DNA from: Ostreococcus lucimarinus
Lineage: Eukaryota
Direction: 5' to 3' (one strand)
Assembly: GCA_000092065.1 (NCBI GenBank)
Contig: CP000584.1
DNA: 64,000 nucleotides
The notes below the pieces were generated by a model. It saw nothing but the letters and a program-made list of their open reading frames with translations, ran no database searches and was not told where the DNA came from. The translations under genes were made by a program, and so were the position numbers. Within the stretch, counting starts at the first letter, position 1. Each line of letters starts with the position of its first letter. Below are positions 9,354-19,523 of this stretch, piece after piece.

Positions 9354-9653
9354 CCGCGCGCGTCGATGTCCCGGCCTCGTGTCGTTCCCCCGTTTTTCGA
9401 CGCCGCGCGCGGTCGCGATGCGGTCGTCTTCGTCGCGCACGCTCGAGCGCGAGGATGAATAATATTAATCTCTGAGCGCTCGCGCGGCGTCTCGAGTCGA
9501 GGCGTCGCGCGCGGGGACGGTGAGCGTCGCGCAGTTGCGCGGCGTCGAGAGGACCGTTTGTATCCCGCTCGAAGAATTTGATGTGCTTTACAACGTGTAA
9601 CTGTTTACCTATATACGGCATTCGGACATACGGAGTATCATGCCACACGTGTA

Positions 9654-9663
9654 CATATAAAGG
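9654..9663 (+). promoter_or_regulatory. TATA-like element (catataaagg) in the divergent intergenic region, about 120 bp upstream of the RPL8 ATG
   Basis: This is the only AT-rich island in the 9440-9780 spacer (a second tatata sits at 9610-9615). Its position fits a core promoter for RPL8. Confidence 0.3.
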
Positions 9664-9779
9664 CTAACGAAATAACCTACCAACATACTCGAATGGAAAT
9701 AAACTGCCCGTTCTCGAAGAGCGCCCGACGCCGCGCCGCGCGCACGCATCCGCCTCTTCGCGACGCTCGTTCACTAGCC

Positions 9780-10997
9780 ATGGGTCGCGTCATCCGAGGT
9801 TGCCGTAAGGGTAAAGGGTCGGTGTTTACCTCCCACACCCACACCCGCAAGGGCGCGGCGAAGCATCGCCAACAGGTGCGTCGACGACGACCGGCGCGCG
9901 ACGCCACGGGACGCGCGATGGCACCGCGATCGCGACGCGCGCTCGAGGATTGGCGCGCCGTGCGCGCGCGATCGACCGCTCGAAGCGCGGTGATGGGTGA
10001 TGGAATATGCGTGTTATCGAATCGCGTCGACGCGCGCGATGGGGACGCGTCGGCGCGCGCGCGACGGGGTGAAACGTGGATGGAGTTGTGAAAGACCTAA
10101 GACGGACGACTGACGATGGGACTCGACGCCGCGACGCAGGATTACGCCGAAAGACACGGTTACGTCAAGGGCGTGGTGACGGATATCATTCACGACCCGG
10201 GTAGAGGCGCGCCGTTGGCCAAGGTGCGTGTTTGCGATGTGTTCGACGGCGCTGACGCTCGATCGTCCTCGACGGGAGTAGGGCTTTGGACGCGCGAGGC
10301 GCGCGCGCGCGGAGGGACGTGCGTTCGACGCGAGGGAAGATTCGAACGCCCCTGTGCGTGTTTGAATCAGTGACTGACGATGTTATAAACTTTTTCGTGC
10401 GATGTGTAGATGACGTTCCGTCACACCAAGCGTTACGGTCTCCAAAAGGAGCTCTTCATCGCGGCGGAAGGGACGTACACGGGTCAATTCGTGTACGCCG
10501 GTAAGAAGGCGCAGTTGGCTATTGGTAACATCTTGCCGATCAGCTCTATGCCGGAGGGTACGATCATTTGCAACGTTGAGTCCAAGCTCGGTGATCGTGG
10601 TACCTTGGCCAAGGCGTCTGGCGAATATTGCATCTTGATCTCGCACAACCTCGATACGGGTTTCTCCCGCATCAAGCTTCCGTCTGGGGCCAAGAAGACG
10701 ATTCCTTCCGGTTGCCGCGCGACGGTTGGTCAAGTTTCGGGTGGTGGTCGCTGCGATAAGCCCATGCTTAAGGCTGGTGCGAGCTACCACAAGTACAAGG
10801 TCAAGCGCAACAGCTGGCCGAAGGTTCGTGGTGTGGCTATGAACCCGGTTGAGCACCCTCACGGGGGTGGTAACCACCAGCACATCGGTCACGCGTCCAC
10901 CATTCGTCGCGACCGTTCGGCTGGTGCCAAGGTCGGTCTTATTGCCGCCCGACGCACTGGTCGTCTTCGTGGGGCGAAGCCTTCCGAGGCTGACTAG
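9780..10997 (+). CDS. RPL8: 60S ribosomal protein L8 (uL2); three exons: join(9780..9875, 10140..10223, 10410..10997)
   Basis: Exon 1 reads [32 protein letters not shown]. Exon 2 reads [28 protein letters not shown]. Exon 3 reads [35 protein letters not shown]...[48 protein letters not shown]. The spliced product is 255 aa and aligns with plant and human RPL8 with no gaps at the junctions. Both introns are GT...AG with an identical AG|GTGCGT donor. Confidence 0.85.
9876..10139 (+). other. RPL8 intron 1 (264 nt, GTGCGT...CGCAG)
   Basis: Removing it restores the conserved AKHRQQ|DYAERHGY junction, equivalent to AKFRSLDFGERNGY in plant RPL8. Confidence 0.75.
10224..10409 (+). other. RPL8 intron 2 (186 nt, GTGCGT...TGTAG)
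   Basis: Removing it restores GAPLAK|MTFRH, equivalent to GAPLARVTFRH. The exact acceptor could shift by a few nt. Confidence 0.6.
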
Positions 10998-11259
10998 ATT
11001 TCACCGTAATACGACTCTCTCGAGATTCCAAACCGTGCGCGCTCGTCTCGTCGCCTCGACCCGCGCGCTTCGTTCGACCAACGCAAAGATAATTACCACC
11101 CCTGAGCAGTCTATCTCACGCGTGGCAGTCTCTTTGCAACATCAACCGCTCGGCGCCTCGATCGGTCGCTCGCCCCACTCGTGGACGCGAGCGACTCGAG
11201 CGTCCCGAGCGCACATTCAACAAGCATTGCACTTTTTTCTTTTTGCACTTTTCCTTCAC

Positions 11260-12537
11260 ATGCCGGACGGCGTCACGCCCGCCGAGCGTCACGCCCGCGC
11301 GGGCGTGCGCGCGAGACGATGGTCCTCGCGAAAGCGAAAACGCGCCGCGGCGGCCGCGGTCGAGTTCCGGCTCGTGTCGTACAACCTCCTCGCGCGACAG
11401 TACACGACACAGCTCGGTCGAGCGCTGTATCGCGTCGGTCCGCATCGCCTGGAGTGGTCTAGCAGAGCGAAGACGCTGCGATGCGAGCTCGAGATGCTGA
11501 GCGGTGACGTCGTGTGCGCGCAAGAGTACGAGGAGAAGGCGTGGAGAGGGAACGAGGCGCTTTTGGGCGACGAGTACGCTCGAGCGGCGCTGTGCGAGCG
11601 TAGCGGAGAAGCGCGAGGGGAGAAGCGAGCGGAGAAGCGGGAGGGGTGCGCGATATTCATCCGTCGCGGTGCGTTCACGTGTGAAACGACAGAGAAGTTG
11701 AAGTTTGATGATTACGGGTTGGGCGATAACGCCGCATGCGTGGTGACGTTGCGACATCGCGCTCGAGACGGTTTTCGGTTGGTCGTCGCAAACGCCCACT
11801 TGCTGTTCAACCCAAAGCGCGGCGACGCGAAGGTTGGACAGGTGCGCGTGCTGCTCGCGACTGTGGCGAGGATACGCCAAGACATCGTCGATCGCGGGCT
11901 GATGGCGCATTGCGTGATATGCGGCGATTTTAATTTTTCTCCAAATTCTGCGCTCTACCATTTCTTCTCAAACGGAAGGCTTGATTTGAGCGAGGTGAAT
12001 AGGCGCGAGCTTTCGGGTACTCTCGTGGATGTTTTAGACGATAGAAACGTAGGTGATGACCAAGTCACTCGTATCGGGCGTTCGGAAACGGAAGACACGG
12101 CGATCAGAGCGTTCAATCAAGGTTGGGGCGCGTCACAGCTGGCTCTCGCGCTCGGCGACCGCAGCACGCCTTTTCCAAGCCGAACGGGCGTAGAATTAGA
12201 AAGTGCGTCTCAAAGTGCGACGCAAAAGCGGGGAACCGACGTAGAGCAAGTAAAAAATTTGATGCGCCTGACTCCGGGCGGATTTACGGTGCATCATGCG
12301 TTCGAAGCCGAACTTTCAAGCGCGTACGTCGCTGTCGCCGGCGGTGAGCCAGCGTTTACGACGTGCCACAACAAGTTTTGTGGAACGAATGATTACATCT
12401 GGTACACATCGAATCTCGAACCGACGCGTGTTCTACAGAGTCCGAGTTTAGATGACGTTCTGCGGTATGGAAAACTACCGAGCGTTCGATACGCGAGCGA
12501 TCACGTGAGCATCGGCGCCGACTTTCGAATCGGATAG
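11260..12537 (+). CDS. CCR4/nocturnin/Angel-type deadenylase (endonuclease-exonuclease-phosphatase, EEP, family)
   Basis: ATG at 11260 (MPDGVTPAERH...). EEP motifs are present: FRLVSYNLLARQY, LEMLSGDVVCAQEY, GCAIFIRR, FRLVVANAHLLFNP, VICGDFNFSPNSALY, TTCHNKFCGTNDYIWYT, SDHVSIGADFRI. Upstream of 11260 the listed ORF (10849...) overlaps RPL8 in another frame and is not coding. Confidence 0.75.
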   Translation: MPDGVTPAERHARAGVRARRWSSRKRKRAAAAAVEFRLVSYNLLARQYTTQLGRALYRVGPHRLEWSSRAKTLRCELEMLSGDVVCAQEYEEKAWRGNEALLGDEYARAALCERSGEARGEKRAEKREGCAIFIRRGAFTCETTEKLKFDDYGLGDNAACVVTLRHRARDGFRLVVANAHLLFNPKRGDAKVGQVRVLLATVARIRQDIVDRGLMAHCVICGDFNFSPNSALYHFFSNGRLDLSEVNRRELSGTLVDVLDDRNVGDDQVTRIGRSETEDTAIRAFNQGWGASQLALALGDRSTPFPSRTGVELESASQSATQKRGTDVEQVKNLMRLTPGGFTVHHAFEAELSSAYVAVAGGEPAFTTCHNKFCGTNDYIWYTSNLEPTRVLQSPSLDDVLRYGKLPSVRYASDHVSIGADFRIG

Positions 12538-12559
12538 TAACATGAGTAGCATGTTGAAA

Positions 12560-12564
12560 TTACA
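12560..12564 (-). terminator. TGTAA poly(A)-signal candidate about 40 nt downstream of the 12603 stop (minus strand)
   Basis: Forward ttaca at 12560-12564. Confidence 0.3.
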
Positions 12565-12602
12565 GTGCGTTCGTTTCTACAACCCACATGCGCGCGAAGA
12601 TT

Positions 12603-13880
12603 TCATTCCCCACGTAGTGCAAAGTTCCTCAAGAGACCCATATCTGCGGTCTCTAGGAGAACGTCGAGTTGTTCGAACACTTTTTCGGCCACCTCCGTGC
12701 CTCGGAGAATGTCGTGCAGTTCCGCTCGAAACTTTGAAAAAAGCATTCGCGTAGATTGGCGCCTATGTTCAAGTTCCGGATTCTGTTCGAATGAGGGAAA
12801 GACGTACGAATTCAAAACTTCATCGAAATCAACGAAATCCTCAACGCCCAACAGAGGATCATCGTTCGCCGCTCCGCACGTTGGAGCATCATCGCCAGAT
12901 GCTTCAGGAGCGAGAAAGAACTCGTTATCCTCGTGCAACTGAGCGATAGATTTCGGCTCGAGCTCAGGATCCCAGCCGTAATCAAGAAATGGAAGTGGTC
13001 TGTGCGATCCGTCGCGCGGAGCTAGGCACAAGCGCCGCGCTAGATTAGCTTCCAACGCCTTGCTGTGCGTGTCGTCGTCGTCAGGAATGGGTTTAGCGGC
13101 GACGGCGTCGTCAGGCTCGTCGTCGTCACCCAGGTCTAGCTCTTTGCCTTTGCTGTTCCTCGAAGGAGCGTTAGCCTTTCTTCTGTTTCGGCCGTTTGCT
13201 TCTGGTTTCGCCGTTATCGTTGCGGCTAAAGTATCTCGACTTGCGGATGTCGTCGCCGTCTCGGCGACTGATTTGGTCGTTGCTTCATCCGCCGTTTCCC
13301 TCAACGTGTCCGAACGGTTCTTTCTCTTCCCAGAGGCTCGTTTTTTGACTTTGATGGGGACTTTCGTGTTCCCATGCGTGACTAGTTTCGTGAATGTTTT
13401 CTGTTCCTCCATTTGCGAGCCCCCGAACAAGTCCACGAGCATGCGCGCCGCGTCCTCTTGCGTCTCAACTTCCGCGGGCGCATCGGGCGTCATCGACCGA
13501 TCTTCCGCCGCGTACGCCATCACCGCCTCCGGTAACGGCACCTCCAACGGCCCCACTGGTTCAATTTGGTGCTGTACATCCGCCGCCTCCGTCCTCGCGA
13601 ACAAGTCCCGCAGCGTCCTCTCCGACACCCCGAGCGCCCGCAGCTTCCCTCGATTCACCTCGTACGACGTCGTTCCCGGTTTGATCCGAAATATCTCGCT
13701 CCCATCGCTCGCACTCACCGCTTTGTTCGCCCCCGCCATGTTCAAAATCGTCGCGAAGAACGTGTCCGGATCCGGCGCCCCGTACCAGTACGAGTTTTTA
13801 TCAAACGTCGTCCCGAAGATTGTCACCAGCATGAATTCCACTCGTTTCCTGTACGGCAGCTCCGCCCCCATGTTCCGCAT
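12603..13880 (-). CDS. Hypothetical nuclear-type protein with a basic Lys-rich NLS-like stretch and an acidic tract; function unknown
   Basis: First ATG at 13880 (MRNMGAELPYRKRVEFMLVTIFGTTFDKNSYWYGAPDPD...). The middle contains KVPIKVKKRASGKRKNRSD. The C-terminus is acidic (DDDEPDDAV...LDYGWDPELEPK). Codon usage matches neighbouring genes. I could not place it in a family. Confidence 0.45.
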   Translation of the reverse strand: MRNMGAELPYRKRVEFMLVTIFGTTFDKNSYWYGAPDPDTFFATILNMAGANKAVSASDGSEIFRIKPGTTSYEVNRGKLRALGVSERTLRDLFARTEAADVQHQIEPVGPLEVPLPEAVMAYAAEDRSMTPDAPAEVETQEDAARMLVDLFGGSQMEEQKTFTKLVTHGNTKVPIKVKKRASGKRKNRSDTLRETADEATTKSVAETATTSASRDTLAATITAKPEANGRNRRKANAPSRNSKGKELDLGDDDEPDDAVAAKPIPDDDDTHSKALEANLARRLCLAPRDGSHRPLPFLDYGWDPELEPKSIAQLHEDNEFFLAPEASGDDAPTCGAANDDPLLGVEDFVDFDEVLNSYVFPSFEQNPELEHRRQSTRMLFSKFRAELHDILRGTEVAEKVFEQLDVLLETADMGLLRNFALRGE

Positions 13881-14282
13881 GTGTCCGAGACCGAGAAACC
13901 TGAGCAACGATTTCGTGCGTTGCAGGATTTTCCTGCGCGTTCGAGCGTCGCGCGACGCGCGGCGGGCGATCGATCGTCAGTCGCGATTCCGTCGGTCCCC
14001 CGATCGCGTCGCGCGCGCGTCTGCGCGCGCGCCGTCTCGCTCGCGCGCGTCGCTCGCACCTGCGCTGATCCACCACGCGCGGTTTCGCTCGGTGCGATAC
14101 CATGGCGTCGCGCGCGCGTCGCTCGAGGGCGAGCGCGAGGCGATCAGTGCGGCGAAACAGGGCACTGTCTCGTGCCCAGGTTCAGCGCGGATTCGGCGAC
14201 GCGCGCGGGGTCGACCGAGGCTCGGCGCGCGCGAGCGCGGGCGCGAAACGAACGGTGGAGCGCGGCGTGGAGTGATGCGTGA

Positions 14283-14696
14283 TTAAACGTTCGAACGCGC
14301 GCGACGCGCGCGATGGCGCTCGAGGAGGCGGCGCGGCGTCGACGACGCGTCGGACGCGAACGCGGACGACGCCGAGGCGTTCGCCGGCGCGAGCGCTCGA
14401 CCCTCGGCGAGGGCGCTCTCCAACGCCGCGCGCGAGAAACGACCGTCGCGGCCGTCGACGTCGCGCACGGTGCGCAGGGCGTTTCGCACCCCCGCGCGCG
14501 TGATCTCGGGTCGTCGCATGCGGGCGTGCTCGAACAGACCGATCCACGCCGCGGCGAGGAGCAAGAGCGTCAACGCGACGACGCGCTTTTGAGACCTTCG
14601 ACTCTGAAGCAGTAAAACCCCGAGCGGCATGACGACGCAGATCAGAAACACGACCACGAGATCGAACCAAAACGTCTCCGCGTACGTCGTCGGCAT
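14283..14696 (-). CDS. Candidate small membrane protein (about 137 aa) with two predicted TM helices and a soluble Arg/Ala-rich tail
   Basis: ATG at 14696..14694 (MPTTYAETFWFDLVVVFLICVVMPLGVLLLQSRRSQKRVVALTLLLLAAAWIGLFEH...). It lies in an AT-richer patch of the 13.9-15.0 kb intergenic region. It diverges from the helicase gene about 300 bp away. Confidence 0.25.
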   Translation of the reverse strand: MPTTYAETFWFDLVVVFLICVVMPLGVLLLQSRRSQKRVVALTLLLLAAAWIGLFEHARMRRPEITRAGVRNALRTVRDVDGRDGRFSRAALESALAEGRALAPANASASSAFASDASSTPRRLLERHRARRARSNV

Positions 14697-14991
14697 GGCG
14701 TCATGGTGTGTCCGGCGAACCGCGCGCGCCGCGTCACACAATAGTCGTCGCGTTCGGCTCAACAACGACCGCGCGCCGCGCGCGCGGTCGCGGCGCCACC
14801 GTCGCGCGCGTCGACCGAGACGCTCGCGCGCGCCGACGATAAAAATTTCCTTCGCGCGCGCGCGACGCGCTTTCGCGGCCGACGCGCGGCGCGCGCGTTT
14901 CAGACCATCCGCTCGCTCCGAACCAAACTTTGAAGTCGAAACGTCGACCAGCTGTCTGTCCGTCTGTCGCGTCAAATCGCGTCGCCGCGCG

Positions 14992-17900
14992 ATGTCCGCG
15001 CGATGGCGCGTGACGTGGACGAGGGAGCGACACAAAAAGAAACCTCGGAAGCGCGACGGTCGACTCGATGTCGACGCCGCGTCGCGCAGCGCGACGCTTT
15101 ATGACGAGAAAGAGAATGACGACGGGACGATTTCGTTTGAAGTCGTCGCGCGGGAGAAATTGCCGCCGAAGACGTGGGAAACGCTGGAGAGCGGCGTCGA
15201 GATCGCGCTGGGGGGGGTGGGGGTGTACCTGGACGATCTCGTCGACCGCGGGGGGGGCGGAGGGGCGGAGTCGGTGGAGGCGACGAAGGAGGCGACGAAG
15301 AAGGCGGGCGCGGAGCGAGCGAAGCGACATCGACACGTGAATCCGGCGTTTCAGAAGAAGTTCGTGCCGCCGATGTTGAAGCGAGCGAAAACGCGCGCGC
15401 CGATGGTGGTGAATGATGACGTGGACGATGATGCGCGCGATGGGGGGGAGAACGAACCGAAATCGGATTTGGCAAAGCTTTTGCAAATGTTCGACGGCGA
15501 CGTGGACGCGGCGATCGATATGGTCGATCGAAACGGTGGTGAGGCGAAAAAACCGATTGCGTTGAACGTGAAGGCAAAACCAGTGGTTCATGTGCCGTTT
15601 GCGACGAGACCGGCGCCACAGAGTGCGCCGGAGGCGACGACAAGTGCGCCGGCGCGGAGAGTCTCGGCGCTGGGCGCGGCGGCTGCGCCGGCGCAAATGT
15701 CGACGGATGTGTGCGTGACGTTTCCCTCGTATAATTACGCAGGCTCGGAGTTCCCCAGGGCACAGACTTTTGCGACGGTTCGTGAATATCAGGCGTATTT
15801 CGTGTCGGCCATATGTGAAAATCTGATGCTTCGCCTGCGCGACGTATCGTCGACTATGCACAAGCTGCGCACCGATGGCGCGCAGTCGGCACAGAAGCCA
15901 GATTTGCTCGCGAAAATTCTTTGGCATAGATACAAACTGCGCTATTTCACGCAGTGCGAGATTAGCTCGCGAAAATGGACAGACAAAGTAGACAACACGG
16001 AGAAGACGTGCGTGCGATTGATGGTGAAAGATTTCAAATCCATCAAGGGCCCGAAGCCGTACGCGAAGGGAGATTTCTGGATCGTGAGCACCGAGCCGTG
16101 GTTCGAAGTGAAGCCATTACAGGAGATCGGTGATCGTCATCGCGCGCCTTGGTTGGGCGTGGTCGAGTGTAAGTGGCATGGTATGGACAACGAGGGTAGG
16201 ATGGAGGTGCAATTGTTGGGACCACGACCTCCTCGGTTGCGCGACAATGCCACGATACACGTTTACGCCATGCACACGTCACTGAACGCTTTTTCGGAAA
16301 CGGATGAGCTCGAAAATATTTTGAGTCTTAGCGCTGGGCGCCCGTCACCGCTCATCGATAGCATACTAGGCAAACCACCGCCGAAGGAACTTGAAGAGGA
16401 AGCAGAGCTGTATTTGAAGGACGCAGACATTGGTGTCGCACCGTTACAAAGAAGCTTTAAACTCAACGACGACCAGGCTCGCGCGGTGTCAGGAGCGCTC
16501 GCAAGCGCGACTTCAGCTTCGCATCTACCCGTGCGTCTCATTCACGGGCCTTTTGGAAGCGGTAAGACGCACACGATTGCGGCGTTTGTCACCAAAGCCG
16601 CCGAGCTTTTGAAGTCTTCGAATGGGAGAATAATGATCGCTGCGCACACCAACGTCGCTGTCGATCGGGTGCTTCAGTCTCTTCTCGAAGCCGGTTTCAC
16701 TGATTTCATTCGTGTAGGAAGTGTTCGAAAGATTGATCCTGTGATTCTTCCGTATTCTCTTCACGTCAAGACTGGCAAAGGACCGTCGCAAGCGAAAGAG
16801 CTCGAAGCCATGCTCAAGGAAACGACTTCGGTGCGAAAAAGAGCCATTTTGCAGAAAGAAATCGAGACTCTGTCGTCAGGTAAAGTTGGGATGCGGAAAG
16901 CGTTGCTGAAAAAGTGTAGCGTCGTTGGCGTCACGTGTTACTCGTCATCTCACGAAGATCTCAAGAACATGGAGTTCTCGGTGGTCGTTCTTGATGAGTG
17001 CTCTCAGATGACAGAACCGAGCAGTTTGCTTCCGGTGGTACAGTCACGGTGCAAAACGCTCGTCGCTGTTGGCGACCCTTTGCAGTTGTCGCCAGTCGTC
17101 GCCGATGTTCCGGAAAGCAATCGATCGAAAGCAAACGTGACCCGCAACCCGCTCAAACGAACGCTCTTTTCTCGCCTGAGCGACGCTGGGCATTCCAAAG
17201 TGACGTTGCGCACGCAGTATCGATTGCATCCGGCACTTAGTGCCGTCCCAAACAAGTGTTTCTATGACGGTGTCTTAATCGACGGCATCGGTGCGAGCGA
17301 TCGGACGAGTTTGATTCGACTGACGACGGGCGGTGTTTTGTCGCCCATCGTCTGGTGGGACACGAGTGGATTTGACACAAAGGAGGGGCAATCGAAACTC
17401 AACGTTGAAGAAGCGACGCGCGTGAGTGGTGTCGTGCGATGTTTGCTCGATAACGACGTTCCGGCTGGTAGGATCGGCGTGATTGCGTTTTATGCAGCGC
17501 AGGCGTCGTGCGTGTCAAACAAGCTTGCGCACGCCCCTCACGACGTCGCTCGCGAGATGACCAACGTCAACGATGACGAGGATTTTGAATCCTTTCTCCC
17601 ATCCGACGTGCAAGTGAGTACGGTGGATGCGTTTCAAGGCCAAGAGAAAGATGTCATCATCATCACATTGTGTGGTGCACCGTTGAGTACCTTCACGAAT
17701 GCGGAGCGTCTGAATGTTGCGCTCACGCGTGCAAAGCGACATCTCATCGTCGTCGGAGCCGCAGCAGTGGCGCAAAAGTCCAACGTTTCGGCGTGGGTGG
17801 AAACTTTGAAACGTGCGAGATCCACACCAAATGGATACATTCCCTTGAGTTATGAAACCAACGCTGTGTTGCAGAAATGGAGTCCAGCCGTGAAGGAGAG

Positions 17901-18417
17901 CGTCGAACATGATGACGTTCTCCTATCCCCAAGTTCTGAAATCGCGCCTTCGCCGCGCTTTTTAAACGACCGCGAAACGCTCCTTGAACTTGGATTCGAT
18001 CAAAAGCGCTACTGGGACTTTTACTGCGCCGTCATGCGTGGTGTCAACTACGATCACAAACAAAGTCGCGCGACCGTTACCGAATCGCCGTTGCGGCCCT
18101 TCATTCAACGCGTGTTCCCGCGTGTCTTCGACGCAAACGGCGACATCGAATGGTCCAAGGCAAAGGTGAAACGCGCGCTCAGCATCGACGTCATTGGCCT
18201 ATTGCGTCGATTCATAGAATACGAACACGGCTCGGAATGGGGCACTCTGGACAAGCTCATAGACGCGTTTGAGGACCGCGAGGAATTCGAACGCGACCCC
18301 ACGGGCTTTGGTTGGATGTGCGTTCAAGAGGCGGAGGGCGCCGTCGCCGTGGGTGACTGCGGCACCGGACCCACGACCCGTTCCGACGACGCCGACGAAG
18401 ATTCCTGGAACACGTAG
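14992..18417 (+). CDS. Superfamily-1 Upf1-like helicase (AAA_11/AAA_12 type) with a long N-terminal region and a C-terminal extension
   Basis: First ATG at 14992 (MSARWRV...); the ORF-track start at 14629 is not supported. Helicase motifs: I LIHGPFGSGKTHTIAAF, Ia IMIAAHTNVAVDRVL, II VVVLDECSQMTEPS, III LVAVGDPLQLSPVV, IV TLRTQYRLHPALSAVPNKCFYDG, V VSTVDAFQGQEKDVIIITL, VI ERLNVALTRAKRHLIVVG. Confidence 0.8.
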   Translation: MSARWRVTWTRERHKKKPRKRDGRLDVDAASRSATLYDEKENDDGTISFEVVAREKLPPKTWETLESGVEIALGGVGVYLDDLVDRGGGGGAESVEATKEATKKAGAERAKRHRHVNPAFQKKFVPPMLKRAKTRAPMVVNDDVDDDARDGGENEPKSDLAKLLQMFDGDVDAAIDMVDRNGGEAKKPIALNVKAKPVVHVPFATRPAPQSAPEATTSAPARRVSALGAAAAPAQMSTDVCVTFPSYNYAGSEFPRAQTFATVREYQAYFVSAICENLMLRLRDVSSTMHKLRTDGAQSAQKPDLLAKILWHRYKLRYFTQCEISSRKWTDKVDNTEKTCVRLMVKDFKSIKGPKPYAKGDFWIVSTEPWFEVKPLQEIGDRHRAPWLGVVECKWHGMDNEGRMEVQLLGPRPPRLRDNATIHVYAMHTSLNAFSETDELENILSLSAGRPSPLIDSILGKPPPKELEEEAELYLKDADIGVAPLQRSFKLNDDQARAVSGALASATSASHLPVRLIHGPFGSGKTHTIAAFVTKAAELLKSSNGRIMIAAHTNVAVDRVLQSLLEAGFTDFIRVGSVRKIDPVILPYSLHVKTGKGPSQAKELEAMLKETTSVRKRAILQKEIETLSSGKVGMRKALLKKCSVVGVTCYSSSHEDLKNMEFSVVVLDECSQMTEPSSLLPVVQSRCKTLVAVGDPLQLSPVVADVPESNRSKANVTRNPLKRTLFSRLSDAGHSKVTLRTQYRLHPALSAVPNKCFYDGVLIDGIGASDRTSLIRLTTGGVLSPIVWWDTSGFDTKEGQSKLNVEEATRVSGVVRCLLDNDVPAGRIGVIAFYAAQASCVSNKLAHAPHDVAREMTNVNDDEDFESFLPSDVQVSTVDAFQGQEKDVIIITLCGAPLSTFTNAERLNVALTRAKRHLIVVGAAAVAQKSNVSAWVETLKRARSTPNGYIPLSYETNAVLQKWSPAVKESVEHDDVLLSPSSEIAPSPRFLNDRETLLELGFDQKRYWDFYCAVMRGVNYDHKQSRATVTESPLRPFIQRVFPRVFDANGDIEWSKAKVKRALSIDVIGLLRRFIEYEHGSEWGTLDKLIDAFEDREEFERDPTGFGWMCVQEAEGAVAVGDCGTGPTTRSDDADEDSWNT

Positions 18418-18621
18418 ACTGTCGGTCAACTAGACGACGCACGCATTGCATGAAACATTCTTTAATTTCCGCAGCGGAAATTCCGCTCGCAGTCGCCCCG
18501 ACGCCGAGAAACAAAACGACACTTCGTCACTCGGCGACGCATCGCGCCCGAACTCAACCACCCGCGCGCGTTCGGCGCCCGAAATCCGCGCACGCGCGCA
18601 TCGGATTACACTTCTTCTAGC

Positions 18622-19458
18622 ATGCTCGCGCTGTCTCCCACCGCCCTCGCCGTCGTCAGCGACACCGACGAACGTCGTCGTCGCGCATCGAGCGCGCGAA
18701 CCGCCGACGACGCCGCGTCGACGTCTGCGCTCGAGCGCGCGCTCGCGGACGCGCGAACGCGCGCGCGCGAGTCGAGCGTGAAAGTGTGTGAGCTGGAGGA
18801 ATCGTGTGCGGCGCTCGCCATCGCAGCGGGACGCGCGGAAACGCGCGCAAAGGCGCTGGGGGAACGATTAGCCGACGCGGAACGCGGCGCGTCGTCGACG
18901 TTGGAGCGAGACGCGCTGGAGACACGCGTCAAGGCGCTGGAGACGGCAAATGAACGCCTGAGAGTGGGGTTGCGAGAGAAGAGCGAGCGCGTGGACGCGC
19001 TGGAGGCAGAGGTGCGGGAGGGGAGACGCGCGGAGGATTCGGCGGGCGACGCGGCGACGACGACGGAGACGGAGACGGCGGCTCGGAGGGAACGAGAGAT
19101 CGTGCGCTTGCGTGGAGAGTTGAGTCGACAAGCACAGGTGATTGCAGATGCGTATAGGGATGAGGTACAGCGATTGCAGCGAGAGTTGGCGATGAGCCAA
19201 GGGCGATGTGAACGCGCGGAGAAGGAGAACGCGCAGTTGAAGAAGAAACTAGCCACCCGCGTGGGCGAACGTAGGACGTACGAGTCACCGTACGCGTACG
19301 CCAAGTACGAGGGAAAGATCGATACAATCAGGCATGCATCATCGCCATCGCGAAGTCCATTGGCTCGACGATGCGAAAACGTGTTCGAACGATTGGCGAC
19401 GCCGAAAAGAATCTCGGAACGGTCGTCTCCCGCAATTTCGCCGAAGAGTTTTCGATGA
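18622..19458 (+). CDS. Coiled-coil protein (278 aa), function unknown
   Basis: ATG at 18622. Heptad-like sequence (ALETRVKALETANERLRVGLREKSERVDALEAEVREG...LQRELAMSQGRCERAEKENAQLKKKLA) with a Ser/Pro-rich C-terminus. Its minus-strand overlap ORFs look like low-complexity artefacts. Confidence 0.4.
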   Translation: MLALSPTALAVVSDTDERRRRASSARTADDAASTSALERALADARTRARESSVKVCELEESCAALAIAAGRAETRAKALGERLADAERGASSTLERDALETRVKALETANERLRVGLREKSERVDALEAEVREGRRAEDSAGDAATTTETETAARREREIVRLRGELSRQAQVIADAYRDEVQRLQRELAMSQGRCERAEKENAQLKKKLATRVGERRTYESPYAYAKYEGKIDTIRHASSPSRSPLARRCENVFERLATPKRISERSSPAISPKSFR

Positions 19459-19523
19459 TCGGATTCTTAGATGACTACTAAAGGATTTTAATCTATGGAG
19501 CTATGCGTGTAAACACTCGTTAT

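Noticed and set aside
6883-9458. Many plus-strand ORFs (for example 8145..8810, 8823..9458, 8881..9462) over the minus-strand membrane-protein gene
   Set aside because: They are antisense to a 920-aa ORF with coherent TM-helix coding and are Arg/Ser-rich with no motifs.
10849-11259. 5' part of ORF 10849..12537 + overlapping the RPL8 3' exon
   Set aside because: It begins in a different frame inside RPL8 exon 3. The deadenylase homology starts only after the ATG at 11260.
13060-14286. ORFs 13060..14286 +, 13566..14282 + and others antisense to the 12603..13880 gene and in the adjacent spacer
   Set aside because: Low-complexity Ser/Arg/Pro products with no ATG support. The region 13900-14280 is probably promoter/UTR.
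14629-14991. N-terminal 120 codons of the listed helicase ORF (start 14629)
   Set aside because: Arg-rich with no ATG until 14992. This is probably 5' UTR read open by GC bias. The helicase CDS was started at 14992.
18429-18500. Small hairpin-like palindrome cgcagcGGAAATTCCgctcgcag downstream of the helicase gene
   Set aside because: Short, imperfect and isolated. It could be a 3' UTR stem but nothing else supports a function.
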